A program made the position numbers and the translations under genes. 64,000 bases of DNA from a bacterium. Lineage in GTDB: Bacteria > CAIWAD01. Where the stretch lies: assembly GCA_030429345.1 (NCBI GenBank), contig JAUIFJ010000015.1, forward strand, positions 28,931 to 92,930, in the 5' to 3' direction. How positions within the stretch are numbered: position 1 is the stretch's first letter; every line of letters starts with the position of its first letter. This document shows, in pieces, positions 29,335-39,500 of the stretch. Below the pieces are notes generated by a model. That model saw nothing but the letters and a program-made list of their open reading frames with translations, was not told the origin of the DNA and made no database searches.

Positions 29335-30026
29335 CGCGCCAGGGTCAGGGACGCGCCGCTGACCAGCCGCGAGGCCGGATCCGCCAGGAAGGAGATCACC
29401 TCGGCAATGCCTTCCGGCGGCAGCCAGGAGGAGGTGTCCGCATCCGGCATGGCCTCGCGGTTGGCGGGAGTGTCAATGATGGTCGGAATGACGGCGTTGA
29501 CGCGAATGCCGTCGGGCAGCAGTTCTTCCGACAGCGAGCGCGTCAGGCCGAGCACGGCGGACTTGCTCGCCGTATACGCGGCCATGCTGGCGCCGCCGTC
29601 GTAGAGCGCGGGCCGTGCGCCGACCGTGATCACGCTGGCCGGCGACGCCTCGCGCAGGCGGGGCAGGGCCGAGCGAATGGTGTGATACAGCGAACGCAGG
29701 TTCATGTCCAGCATGCCTTCGAGATCCTCCGCCCCGGTCTCCGCCAGGCCGCCGAAGTGGAAGCCCCCCGCCATGCAGGCCAACGCATCCAGCCGACCCG
29801 CCGGCAGCGCCCTGAACCAGTCCTCGGCCGCCTGGGCTGAACTCAGGTCACACAGGGAGGCATGAAGCCTGCCTTCGCCCCGGAAGCCCTCCAGCAGGCG
29901 CTCCCTCTCCCGCTCGGTGAAACAGGGTACGTATACACTGCGACCGCCTTCCAGCAGGCTGCGCGTCACCGCGCTGCCCAGGAAGCCCGCGCCGCCGGTG
30001 ACGACGGCCATGGACGTGCTGGCCAT
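29331..30026 (-). CDS. Short-chain dehydrogenase/reductase (SDR) family oxidoreductase
   Basis: VVTGGAGFLGS is a Rossmann motif. YTASK is a YxxxK-like active site. The ATG follows AAAGGAGGA. Confidence 0.75.
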   Translation of the reverse strand: MASTSMAVVTGGAGFLGSAVTRSLLEGGRSVYVPCFTERERERLLEGFRGEGRLHASLCDLSSAQAAEDWFRALPAGRLDALACMAGGFHFGGLAETGAEDLEGMLDMNLRSLYHTIRSALPRLREASPASVITVGARPALYDGGASMAAYTASKSAVLGLTRSLSEELLPDGIRVNAVIPTIIDTPANREAMPDADTSSWLPPEGIAEVISFLADPASRLVSGASLTLAR

Positions 30027-30039
30027 GAAATCCTCCTTT

Positions 30040-30387
30040 TCAGCCTTGCCTGGCGCCGGGCCAGTCTTCGCCTTCGTAGTAGCGCGTGCCCTGGTGCCCC
30101 TTGCGCGGGAAGGCCTGCCTGGCCCTCTCGCCCGGCGCTTCCACGTGGATCAAGGTGCGCGGCCGCCCGGACTTGGGGTTGATCGCCCCGGGCGTGAAGC
30201 CCGTGATACGCAGCCGGCCGACCACGCGGTGCTCGTGGATCGTGTAGACCCAGTGTCCGACCTGCAGCTTCGAGGGGCTGCCCGCCATGTGGAACTCGTA
30301 GTCCTTGAGCCGGCCGTCGTAGAGGGAATCGACGAAGTCGGCCCCCTCGCCGGCCGGAATGGTCTTGGTGATTCCGAAATCGCTCAC
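30040..30387 (-). CDS. Small protein of unknown function (115 aa), translationally coupled to moaA
   Basis: A GTG start sits 1 nt after the moaA stop TAG. GGAGGA lies 5 nt upstream, inside the moaA 3' end. The track ORF extends further upstream over moaA and is rejected. Confidence 0.5.
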   Translation of the reverse strand: MSDFGITKTIPAGEGADFVDSLYDGRLKDYEFHMAGSPSKLQVGHWVYTIHEHRVVGRLRITGFTPGAINPKSGRPRTLIHVEAPGERARQAFPRKGHQGTRYYEGEDWPGARQG

Positions 30388-30388
30388 C

Positions 30389-31393
30389 CTATCCTCCGAT
30401 GTAGGACATTTCGATGCGTTGTCCCTGCCCGGCGCTGCCGCGGCGCTCGGAATAGCGGTCCGAGCGGCGGCTCCACAGGCCCTGCAGAAGCTCGCGCAGC
30501 TTCCCGTCGTCCGCTCCCGCGCGCAGGGGAGTCTTGAGGTTGCTTCCCCGTGTGGCAAAGAGGCAGGTGTAGAGCACGCCCTCGGCGCTGAGGCGCAGCC
30601 GCGTGCAGTCGCCGCAGAAAGCCTGGCTCACGCTGGAGATCAGGCCGATCTCCCCGGCCCCGTCCCGGTACTTCCAGCGCCGGGCCACTTCGCCGCGATA
30701 GGCCGCCCCGACAGCCTCCAGGGGCCAGCGCTTCTGCAGGCGCTCGAGGATCTCCGCGGACGGAACGACGGATTCGCGGTTCCAGCCGTTGCTGTTTCCC
30801 ACGTCCATGAACTCGATGAAGCGCAGGGTTCGTCCTGTCTCACGGCAGTGTTCCGCCAGGGGCAGGAGGTCCTCCTCGTTGAGGCCGCGCTTGACCACCA
30901 TGTTGATCTTGACCGGTCCCAGGCCCGCTTCTTCCGCGGCGCGAATGCCTTCCAGCACATGGGAAACGGGAACGCCCACGTCGTTGATGCGCTGGAAGAC
31001 CTCGTCGCGCAGGGAGTCGAGACTGACCGTGACACGCTGCAGGCCCTGCCGCTTCAGCTGCTCCGCGTGACGGGGAAGCAGCAGGCCGTTGCTGGTCATC
31101 GCCAGGTCCAGGCCCGGCCGCGCCAGCATGCCGACCAGCGTGCTGCAGTCGTGGCGCAGGAGCGGTTCGCCTCCCGTGAGACGCACCTTCTGCAGGCCAA
31201 GCTCCTGCAGCAGACCGACCACCCGCGTGATCTCCTCGAAACTCAAGAGCTCCTTGCGCGGCAGGAAGCGATAGCCCTTGCCGAAGGTCTCGGCCGGCAT
31301 GCAGTAGCTGCAGCGGAAGTTGCAGCGGTCCGTCAGCGAGATCCGCAGATCCCGCAGGGGGCGCTCCAGGCTGTCCGTCAGGGTCGTTGTCAT
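30389..31393 (-). CDS. moaA: GTP 3',8-cyclase (molybdenum cofactor biosynthesis protein A), radical SAM
   Basis: LRISLTDRCNFRCSYCMP is the CxxxCxxC radical-SAM motif. A C-terminal Cys cluster is present. It is collinear across the full length. Confidence 0.9.
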   Translation of the reverse strand: MTTTLTDSLERPLRDLRISLTDRCNFRCSYCMPAETFGKGYRFLPRKELLSFEEITRVVGLLQELGLQKVRLTGGEPLLRHDCSTLVGMLARPGLDLAMTSNGLLLPRHAEQLKRQGLQRVTVSLDSLRDEVFQRINDVGVPVSHVLEGIRAAEEAGLGPVKINMVVKRGLNEEDLLPLAEHCRETGRTLRFIEFMDVGNSNGWNRESVVPSAEILERLQKRWPLEAVGAAYRGEVARRWKYRDGAGEIGLISSVSQAFCGDCTRLRLSAEGVLYTCLFATRGSNLKTPLRAGADDGKLRELLQGLWSRRSDRYSERRGSAGQGQRIEMSYIGG

Positions 31394-31544
31394 GGCTTCC
31401 GTGTGTTCGTTGCCCTCTGCCGGCCCGGCCGGTCGCGATCCGCGCGAGCGGGCGCTTCATGGTAAGGCAATCCCGCTTCGAAATCGAGATCCGGCAAGCG
31501 CATTCAGCGACGGAGAAGAAAAACCGGATCTCTGGTGAAACCTC

Positions 31545-31575
31545 TTGCCAGGGACGAAATCAAAGTGATATCATG
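31545..31575 (+). promoter_or_regulatory. Candidate sigma70-type promoter: TTGCCA, 18-nt spacer, extended -10 TGaTATCAT
   Basis: It lies about 27 nt upstream of the SPFH gene ATG, which has a GGAGGA SD. Confidence 0.3.
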
Positions 31576-31600
31576 ATGACATCAATCGGAGGATCTGGAC

Positions 31601-32470
31601 ATGTTGAAAGACATCGAACGTAAAGCGGCCAATGGGCTGCCGATTCTGCTGTTGTTCATTCTGGCGGCTATCGCCTGCTTCGTCGGCCTGATCGCCAGCG
31701 CCAGGGCCGATTTCGTGCCCGGCATCCTTGGTAGCCTGCTGACCCTCGTCTTCTTCATCCTGATGATGGCCGGCTGCTTCATGGTCAATCCCAACGAGAG
31801 CCGCGTGCTGCAGCTCTTCGGCCGCTACGTGGGAACGGTGCACGACCAGGGCCTGCGCTGGGCCAATCCTTTCTTCACCAAGCGCAAGATCTCGCGGCGC
31901 GTGCGCAATTTCGAGACCTCGAAAGTCAAGGTGAACGATGCCGGCGGAAACCCGGTCGAGATCGCCTGCGTGGTGGTCTGGCAGGTGGTCGACTGCGCCG
32001 AGGCCTGCTTCGAGGTCGATGATTTCGTCAACTATGTGCATGTGCAGAGCGAGGCCGCCGTCCGCAACCTGGCCACGGCCTACCCCTACGACAGCCATGG
32101 CGAAGACGTGCTCAGCCTAAGCGGCGACACGGGACAGGTCAGCCTACAGCTGCAGAAGGAGATCCAGGATCGACTGGACAAAGCGGGAGTCAACGTAATC
32201 GAGGCGCGCATCAGCCACCTGGCCTATGCCCAGGAGATCGCCGCCGCCATGCTGCAGCGCCAGCAGGCGGGGGCCGTCGTGGCCGCCCGCTCGAAGATCG
32301 TCGAAGGCGCGGTGGGCATGGTCGACATGGCCCTGGAACAGCTGAGCCGCAAGGAGATCGTCGAACTGGACGAGGAGCGCAAGGCGGCCATGGTCAGCAA
32401 CCTGCTGGTCGTGCTTTGCAGCGATCGCCACACCCAGCCGGTGGTCAACACGGGCACGCTCTACAACTAG
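31601..32470 (+). CDS. SPFH/band 7 (stomatin/prohibitin-like) membrane protein
   Basis: An N-terminal TM helix is followed by a band-7 core (…[14 protein letters not shown]…[13 protein letters not shown]…) and a C-terminal coiled coil. Confidence 0.8.
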   Translation: MLKDIERKAANGLPILLLFILAAIACFVGLIASARADFVPGILGSLLTLVFFILMMAGCFMVNPNESRVLQLFGRYVGTVHDQGLRWANPFFTKRKISRRVRNFETSKVKVNDAGGNPVEIACVVVWQVVDCAEACFEVDDFVNYVHVQSEAAVRNLATAYPYDSHGEDVLSLSGDTGQVSLQLQKEIQDRLDKAGVNVIEARISHLAYAQEIAAAMLQRQQAGAVVAARSKIVEGAVGMVDMALEQLSRKEIVELDEERKAAMVSNLLVVLCSDRHTQPVVNTGTLYN

Positions 32471-32473
32471 ATC

Positions 32474-32656
32474 ATGGCGAAACGGAAGGCATTCCTGCTG
32501 CGGCTGGATCCGCGGCTGCTGGAAGCCCTGCAGCGCTGGGCCGGGGATGATCTGCGCAGTCTGAACGCCCAGATCGACTACCTGCTGCGCCAGAGCCTGA
32601 AGCAGGCGGGACGCAAGCTTCCTGAAGCTGGCGAAAGCGAGGAAGGGAAAGAATAG
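32474..32656 (+). CDS. Arc/MetJ-type ribbon-helix-helix small DNA-binding protein
   Basis: [42 protein letters not shown] is an RHH beta-alpha-alpha pattern. Its start is 3 nt after the SPFH stop. Confidence 0.55.
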   Translation: MAKRKAFLLRLDPRLLEALQRWAGDDLRSLNAQIDYLLRQSLKQAGRKLPEAGESEEGKE

Positions 32657-32814
32657 GAAGCGGTCACCTCGCGGCCATGGGATCGACACCTCTGCAAAGA
32701 GGAGGTCTCATGCAGCAAAGACACAAACAGAAACCCTGCGACGGCTTTTGCCTTGTCGCGCAGCTCATCAGCCTGGTCGTCTTCCTGTGGATGGTTTCGA
32801 TCCAGCTGGCATGA

Positions 32815-32850
32815 AAAAAGCCCCGTGCGCAGTGCACGGGGCTTTTGCGT
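32815..32850 (-). terminator. Terminator hairpin after tRNA-Gln (potentially bidirectional)
   Basis: The sequence aaaaagccccgtgcgcagtgcacggggctttt forms a hairpin flanked by A and T runs. Confidence 0.6.
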
Positions 32851-32854
32851 TGTA

Positions 32855-32926
32855 TTGGCCTGCAGGGATTCGAACCCCGATTGCTGGAACCAGAATCCAG
32901 AGTCCTAGCCATTGGACGACAGGCCA
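32855..32926 (-). tRNA. tRNA-Gln (anticodon CUG)
   Basis: A manual cloverleaf fold was built. The acceptor is UGGCCUG/CAGGCCA with the U1:A72 pair typical of bacterial tRNA-Gln. The D-stem is GUCC/GGAC. The anticodon loop UUCUGGU carries CUG. The T-arm is GGGGUUCGAAUCCC(U). Confidence 0.8.
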
Positions 32927-32979
32927 ATTGACAGAACGCAGATTATACCATTGCGGCAGCAAAAAGCAATGGGAGCCTT

Positions 32980-33279
32980 TCAGTCACCGAGCTTGTCGAG
33001 CCCGTCCTTGACATCCTTCGCCGTCTCGCCGGCCTTCTTGACCCCGTCGCGAACCGACTCGTAGGTCTCCTTGCCTTTCTCCTTCAGCGCCTCCAGCTCA
33101 TCCGGCATGGGCGTCCCGGTCATCTCGAACCAGACCAACGCGCCAATAAGGATCAAAAGCAGAAAGAGGGCCATCTTGAAGAGCTTCTTCAGCACGGCAT
33201 AGACGATCACGATCAGCAGGCCAATGGCAATGGCCAGCAGCATGGGGCTGCCCAGCACCTTGTCGATGAATGCTTCCAT
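32980..33279 (-). CDS. Small membrane protein (99 aa, two TM segments, charged C-terminal tail)
   Basis: The ATG at 33279 is preceded by GAGGAGA. The longer track ORF upstream is rejected. Confidence 0.5.
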   Translation of the reverse strand: MEAFIDKVLGSPMLLAIAIGLLIVIVYAVLKKLFKMALFLLLILIGALVWFEMTGTPMPDELEALKEKGKETYESVRDGVKKAGETAKDVKDGLDKLGD

Positions 33280-33333
33280 GGGAACGGGTTCTCCTCTGTG
33301 AGTAAGAAAGGTAGGATTCCCCCCCTCCCAAAC

Positions 33334-33356
33334 AATCGCTATCGGGATCGCTATCG
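33334..33356 (+). promoter_or_regulatory. 23-nt motif AATCGCTATCGGGATCGCTATCG, copy 2, in the divergent promoter region between the small membrane protein and the GT39 gene
   Basis: It is an exact 23/23 match to 14072-14094. Confidence 0.45.
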
Positions 33357-33375
33357 CTACTTTTGCCCCTTGCAC

Positions 33376-34905
33376 ATGACACGATTGATCCGACACCTCC
33401 ACCCCATGAACAGCCCGTTGCCAGTGCTCCTGCTGGCGCTGCTGGTCCGGCTGCTTCACCGCCCCGGCTTCGTCTTCTCCGATGATGCCCACTATCTCTT
33501 CGTGGCACGCTTCGGGGAAGCGGCCTACGAAGGCTATCCGATCATGCCGCTGCGCGTGGCGCACATCGGCCTGCTGCGGTTCGCGGAAAGCCTCTTCGGG
33601 CCCGGCGACTTCGCCTGGACCCTGTTCCCGCTTCTCCTCTCTCTCCTGGCCGTCCTCGCCGTATACCGCATTGGGCGACTGCTGACGGGGCAAGCCGCGA
33701 CCGGCGCCTGGGCGGCCCTGCTGCTGGCGCTGGTCCCCGTGGAGGCCGTCATGGCCGGAACCGCCTTCGCGGATACGGGAGCGGCGGCCTGCATAGCGGC
33801 GGGCATCTGGCTGCTGGTCGAGAGCGAACACGGGCGACGGTGGCTGCTCTGGCCCGGGGCGCTGCTGCTCGGCCTTTCGCTGCTCTTCAAAATGATCGCC
33901 CTTTGGCTGCTCCCCCTGCTGGCGATCGCCCAGCTGGCGGCGTGGATCACGGAGCGCAGGGAAGCAAGACCCTTGAGCCTGCAGCCGGCCCTGTGGGCCG
34001 CGGGATGCGGCATCGTGCTCGTGCTCGCCGCGGAGGCCGCCGTATATCACATCGATCGCGGCGACGCCCTGCACCGCTTCCGCATGCAGGCCCTGAATCA
34101 CGAACTCTGCCCGGACGATTTCTTCAAACCCGGCAGCGCGCGGGGCTACGAGACCCCGGAGGACCGCGGCCCGGCCCTGGCGCGCCTGCTGCTGGAACGC
34201 AATCCGCGCTCCCTGTTGCTGCGCCGCACCTCCATGGGCCTGCCCCTGCTGGCCCTGCTGGCCATCGCGACGGTCGGCAGGCGTCGAGCCTGGCGCTGGG
34301 TCAGCCTGTGGTTTCTTGGCCTGCTGCTGCTTTTCTGGGGCGGGACGACCTCCTTCTCCTCCTGGCAGCCGCTACCCATGGACCTGCCCTGGTACATTCT
34401 GCCTCTGCTGGCCCCCGCTGCCCTGCTCGGCGGAGCCCTTCTGGCGGAGCAGAAAATGGCCCTGCAGCTCCCGGCTCTTTGCGGATTCGCCTTCCTCAGC
34501 GCGCACGGCAGCGGCCTGCTGCGCGACTATCTTGCCGTCGAAGACTGCAAGCGCCTGCGCGCCGCTTTCCAGGCCAGCGCGCCAACGACCGTTCACACGG
34601 ACGGCTTCAGCCTCTACGCCCTGCGCGTACTGGCCATTCCGGCGCTGGAAAGCCGCATCGGCTTTGAAGACACCCTGCTGACGGTGATGCCGGAAGGGTA
34701 TTTCCTGAGGCATCGCCAGAACCGCCGCGAATGGCGCGCCATGGGCCATCGCCTGCTCGAACCCCAGCCGGAATGGCCCCTGCAGCGAGTGGAAGGCGGA
34801 GCCGGCATGAGCTATTTGCGTTTCGGAGAAAAGGAGGACCCGCCATGGAACCCGTCCCTGCCGCGCTACCCCGGGCCCTGGACGAAAACGGACGACGATT
34901 GCTAG
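33376..34905 (+). CDS. Family-39-like glycosyltransferase / ArnT-PMT-like membrane protein (dolichyl-phosphate-mannose mannosyltransferase-like)
   Basis: It has many TM helices, an N-terminal loop with an FxDD/E-like motif (FVFSDDAHY) and a large C-terminal periplasmic domain. Start is the ATG at 33376, or possibly 33406. Confidence 0.6.
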   Translation: MTRLIRHLHPMNSPLPVLLLALLVRLLHRPGFVFSDDAHYLFVARFGEAAYEGYPIMPLRVAHIGLLRFAESLFGPGDFAWTLFPLLLSLLAVLAVYRIGRLLTGQAATGAWAALLLALVPVEAVMAGTAFADTGAAACIAAGIWLLVESEHGRRWLLWPGALLLGLSLLFKMIALWLLPLLAIAQLAAWITERREARPLSLQPALWAAGCGIVLVLAAEAAVYHIDRGDALHRFRMQALNHELCPDDFFKPGSARGYETPEDRGPALARLLLERNPRSLLLRRTSMGLPLLALLAIATVGRRRAWRWVSLWFLGLLLLFWGGTTSFSSWQPLPMDLPWYILPLLAPAALLGGALLAEQKMALQLPALCGFAFLSAHGSGLLRDYLAVEDCKRLRAAFQASAPTTVHTDGFSLYALRVLAIPALESRIGFEDTLLTVMPEGYFLRHRQNRREWRAMGHRLLEPQPEWPLQRVEGGAGMSYLRFGEKEDPPWNPSLPRYPGPWTKTDDDC

Positions 34906-35159
34906 CGGACTACCTCAAGCGGGAACGACGCTCCTGGCTGCGCGAACTGGAAGTCCTGGGAGAGCAGCTGGCCTGTGAACTTGAAAGGGCAAGAGAGAGC
35001 ATGCCCGACGACGCGCCGCGCAGCGGAGGCGACCACTTCCTGTGGGAGGAGGAGAACCGCGAATTCGAGGCCCTGGCCGGCCTGGCTGGCCTGCAAAGCG
35101 ACCTGGAAGAGCGCCTGCGCCTGCTGCGCGCCGCGCTGGAGGAAGACCTTTCTTCCTGA
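34846..35159 (+). CDS. Hypothetical small protein (104 aa)
   Basis: The ATG is preceded by AAGGAGGA. It overlaps the 3' end of the GT39 gene by 60 nt. No family was recognised. Confidence 0.35.
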
Positions 35160-35229
35160 TGTCGACGATTGCGCGCCATGAAAGAGGATCTTGTTTGCAA
35201 GGGTCTCCGATTCTATCTTCGGGGCTTCG

Positions 35230-35302
<73 letters not shown>

Positions 35303-35310
35303 TTGCAAAA

Positions 35311-35340
35311 GAAAGCCCGCCGATCGGCGGGCTTTTTCTC
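35311..35340. terminator. Bidirectional terminator between tRNA-Thr and aqpZ
   Basis: The sequence aaaagaaAGCCCGCCGATCGGCGGGCTttttct forms a hairpin flanked by A and T runs. Confidence 0.7.
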
Positions 35341-35391
35341 TCTTCGACGGAAAACTCGATCGACCAGCAATCGTCCAGGCGGGTTCGTGCC

Positions 35392-36078
35392 TCAGGATTC
35401 CTTGCCGATCCACTTGTAGACCGCGGCCCCCAGCACTCCACCGATGATCGGCGCGACCCAGAAGAGCCAGAGTTGCTGGATTGCCCACCCTCCTGCGAAG
35501 AGGGCGACACCGGTGCTGCGGGCGGGGTTGACCGATGTGTTGGTCACCGGAATGCTGATCAGGTGGATCAGCGTGAGACAAAGGCCGATGGCGATCGGAG
35601 CCAGCCCCGCCGGGGCCCGCTTGTCGGTCGCGCCCAGGATCACGATGAGAAACATCATCGTCAGCACGACCTCCGTCACCAGCGCGGCAAGAAGAGTATA
35701 GCCGCCCGGCGAGTGCTCGCCAAAGCCGTTGGAAGCGAAGCCCGCGCTGGCGTCGAAGCCCGCCTGTCCGCTGGCGATCACGAAGAGCACACCGCCTGCG
35801 GCAATGGCTCCCAGCACCTGGGACACGATGTAGGGCGCGAGTTCGCGGGCTTCAAAGCGCCCGCCAGCCCACAGGCCGATTGACACGGCAGGGTTCAGAT
35901 GACACCCGGAGATGTGCCCGATAGCATAGGCCATGGTCAACACGGTCAGGCCGAAAGCCAGCGAAACCCCCAGCAGGCCGATGCCCACTTCAGGAAACCC
36001 GGCGGCCAGGACTGCACTGCCGCAACCGCCCAGCACCAGCCAGAACGTTCCGAAAAACTCCGCTCCATATCGGTTCAT
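35392..36078 (-). CDS. aqpZ: Aquaporin Z
   Basis: [20 protein letters not shown]...[10 protein letters not shown]..., a second NPA motif and six TM helices are present. Start is the ATG at 36078, preceded by GGGAG. Confidence 0.85.
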   Translation of the reverse strand: MNRYGAEFFGTFWLVLGGCGSAVLAAGFPEVGIGLLGVSLAFGLTVLTMAYAIGHISGCHLNPAVSIGLWAGGRFEARELAPYIVSQVLGAIAAGGVLFVIASGQAGFDASAGFASNGFGEHSPGGYTLLAALVTEVVLTMMFLIVILGATDKRAPAGLAPIAIGLCLTLIHLISIPVTNTSVNPARSTGVALFAGGWAIQQLWLFWVAPIIGGVLGAAVYKWIGKES

Positions 36079-36280
36079 GATTCGCTCCCGATGCTTGTAC
36101 AACTCTGTCTCAATGACCCAACTCACTGGAAAGTAAAACCTTCAACTGTCAATCATCATGTTAAAATCCAATGCCCTGACTCCTCAGCCGAATGCGCCGG
36201 GGCCCCGGCCGCTGCTGGATCTGAGTCGGGAGCGGGAAGGAAATCCGGCATGGAAATGGCGACAGCTGTCCTCTGGTGAG

Positions 36281-36372
36281 GACTTAAAATAACGGGGTTC
36301 AAAGCCATGCACTGTGAGTAGGAGCGTGCACGGCTTCTTTCTTCCCTTTCGTCCACCCCAACGGACACCGCC
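36281..36372 (+). repeat. Intergenic repeat element copy C
   Basis: The element reads ggacttaaaataacggggttcaaagccatgcactgtgagtaggagcgtgca...cctttcgtccaccccaacggac. Confidence 0.6.
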
Positions 36373-36440
36373 GCCAACATCCTGAACAACCCCATCACCC
36401 CACCAGGACACCCACCCAACCCGCTTCGCCCTTCATCCTT

Positions 36441-36477
36441 GAGAGAAAGCCCCCGCCGGCCGAAACCGACGGGGGCC
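36441..36477 (-). terminator. Terminator after giant adhesin gene 1
   Basis: The hairpin gcccccgccggccgaaaccgacgggggc is followed by a T-run on the minus strand. Confidence 0.5.
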
Positions 36478-36526
36478 CGAGTTCAGGTCCCGGCGGGAAC
36501 CACGCCGGGAGCCTGGAAGATGCGTG

Positions 36527-39500
36527 TTACTTCATCAACATCATCTTGCGCACGTCGCTGTAGAGCGAGGCGCCGCCGTTGTCGGCGACCGTCACACGGT
36601 AGAAGTAGACGCCGCTCGCCAGCGCGCTGCCGTCGAAGCGGAACTCGTGCCAGCCCGCGTCCAGGCGGTCGTTCCACAACAGGGACTGCCGCTGGCCGAG
36701 CAGGTTGTATACTTCCAGCTTGACCTGGCCCGCCTGGGGCAGGGCCACGCGCAGCATGGTGCTCGGGTTGAAGGGATTCGGATAGTTGGCGCCCAGCTCG
36801 AAACGCTCCGGCAGGGCCGGTCCGCTCGCAACATCCGTGACGGCGCAGGGAGCCATGTAGTGCTCCACGGGATGCGCCAGGCCGTTGGTCGCGCCCAGGA
36901 AGACCGTTCCGTCCGTATGCAGGGCAATGCCGTGTACATCCTCCAGCCCGCTGGGACAGAAGTCGCCGCGCGGCTCCACCTGGCCGTTGCCCAGATCCAG
37001 GAAGCATTCCATGCTGCCCGTCGAGCGGTTGACCAGCAACAGCTGGTCGCTGCCTTCGTCGTAGTCCGCGCCGGCCGCGCCGGGCACGCCGCCGCTCCAG
37101 GGAAGCACTTCCGCGCTCAGGTCGACCGGGTTGGCGGGATCGCTGATGTCGATGCGCACCACCTCGTCGAAGCCGGCGTTGGAACACACGGCCCAAAGGA
37201 TCTCGCTGTCCGCGTCGTAGGCCAGGCCCATCGGCATGCGCCCCGTGCCTTCGGCGAGAATCGCCGGTTCGAAAGAGGCAATCGTCGAGCCGTCCGTGTT
37301 CTTGTGGCTGATGCCGGCCAGGTAGCTGACCCAGACCGTGTTGTCCCGGCTGTCCCAGGCGATGCCCTGGTAGTCGTGTCCGGCGGTCATCGCGGAAATC
37401 GTCGTCGCGGAGCCGTCCTCCGAGTCCTGCATCACGAAGCGGTTGACCGAACTGGCGTTCCAGAGAATCTGGCCGTCACCCATCCCTTCGCCGTCACTCA
37501 GGTTGACCATGCCGAAGAGGCCGTTGCCGGTCAGGTTCTGCGTGAGCTGCTCGATGTGGGTGCAGCTGGCCGCCGTCAGGAAACTGGCTTCGGCGAAGGC
37601 CGTTTCTTCGACCGTCGAGGTCACCGTGAAGACCGCCAGGTCGGTGAAGCTTTCCGGCTCCTCGGGTACGAAATGTCTCACGCCCAGGTTGAAGACCTCG
37701 TCATAGGCCAGTTCGGGAATCGCCGTGATCTCGGCCCAGGCGGCGTCTACATCGTGCCAGGTCACGTCCCAGATGTGTCCCTCGGACTCGATGCTGAAAG
37801 CGCTGGGGTTCTCGCCGCGATTCTCGACCTCGAAGGTATACTCCGCATACTCTCCGTTGACGCCCACGCCATCCTGCTCGGACGGATCGATATCGACGGC
37901 ATAGGGACCGCTGGGGCCGATCACATTGAAGCCGAACCAGACCGCGCTCTCCGGGGTAGGCATCCAGCCCTGGCTGTTGTAGTTGCACCAGAAACCCTGT
38001 GTGCCATCGGCGTTCTCCTGGCCGATGGTCGCCGAGAGCATGTCCAGGTCGTTCTCGAAGTTCTGGTAATTGATGCGCACGGCCTCCTCGTCGGGGTCGA
38101 GGATCACCTGGGCCGTAATACGACCGCTGGTCTGGCCGCCGGGGAATTCGGGCACGCCCAGGTAGTTGACCACGAACAGGCCGTCCTGCGTCCCGTACTC
38201 GATGGTGCCGTCATTGTTGCTGTCGGGGTCCAGGTCGTCCCAGAACATGGCGATCACCGCGTTCGGGGTCGAAGTATTCGGCAGTTGCTGGTTGCCCAGC
38301 GAATTCATGCCCGTCTCGGCAAAGCCGATCATGCCGTTGCTGCCGATCCAGACCTGGGTGTAATCCACGCCGTAGTGGTTCCAGGTGAAGCCGATATCGA
38401 AGGGGCCGGCGAAGCCGTCATCCGTGGCCGGGGCCGGGTTCGGGCTGTCCAGTTCGACCCAGTCGTACTCCACCTGGCCGTCGGCGTCCGTCGTGCTCCA
38501 GAAGTAGCCGTATTCGTCCGGACCGCCCTGGACCGGCACCACCGTCAGCGAGACCGTGGTCGCATCCTGCCGGCTCGGGTCCCCGCTGCTTGTCGCCGTG
38601 ACATCGAAGACGTACTGGATGTCCGCCGGCACCTCGGGAATGTCGAACTCCAGCTCGAATTCGAAGGCCTCCAAAGGCTGGACAGTCGGCGTCGTGTTGC
38701 CCGGTGTGCCGTTGATCAGCACCTGGACTTCCACGTCGCTCGTCCCGCTGGCGGCGATCACGAAGCTGTCCTCCACCAGGCCGTTGTTGGTGACGCTCAC
38801 CGGCACCGTGACCTGCGAATCCACACCGCCCGCCGTGTTCACGCCATCCTCCAGGACCGGGAAGTAGTCCGGCGGGGCGCCCAGGCTGAAGCGCACGGTC
38901 CACTGCGAGGCAGGCGGGAAGGGGTCATTGTTGTACAAAACGGTCAGGCCGTCGCTGCCGTCGCTGTTCTCGATGCCGATCGTGCAGCTGCTCAGGTCGA
39001 TGCCGTCGGCCAGCTGGTTGTAGTTATGGAACACATAGCCGCTCTCGAAATCGAAGACGGACTGTGCCACGACATTGCCGGGGCCGGAGGGGTATTCGAT
39101 CACCCCGTCGTAGGTCAGCACGAAACGCCCGTCCTCGTCGTTGCCGTAATACACCTGCCCGCCGTCCGCGGGATCCAGGTCGTCCCAGAACAGCGCCAGG
39201 CAGTTGTTCGGCGTACTCGGGTCGGGGAAATTCTCGTTGCCGAGGGAATTCAAGCCCAACTGGTCAAAACCGTAGACGCCGTTCGAACCGACGTATACAG
39301 AGGAATAGGGGTTGCCGTAGAAGCTGATCGTCCCGTTCATCTCGAAGGGTCCGCTGACCGAATCGTCGCCCAGGTCCGTGATATAGGTGCGATCCTCTTC
39401 CGGCAGATCGACCCAGAAGTAGTCCACGTCTCCACCCGCGCTGCTGATCCAGGTATTGCCCCAGGCGTCGGGGCCGCCGCCGGCGGCGTTGATCACGCTC

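Larger units (their letters stand above)
36244..38400 (+). repeat. Segmental duplication copy 1: about 2.1 kb nearly identical to 42952..45130, covering repeat-element copy C, a terminator and the 3' third of the giant gene
   Basis: A direct DNA comparison of 36455-37250 with 43198-43990 shows about 97% identity. Protein identity extends over roughly 600 C-terminal residues and then decays. Confidence 0.8.

Noticed and set aside
36156-36419. Small ORFs encoding ...CMALNPV... / ...CTLLLTVHGFEP... found in each repeat-element copy
   Set aside because: The conserved peptide comes from the conserved DNA core read in one frame. Reading frames and lengths differ between copies and the flanking residues diverge. 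This is a nucleotide-level repeat, not a gene.
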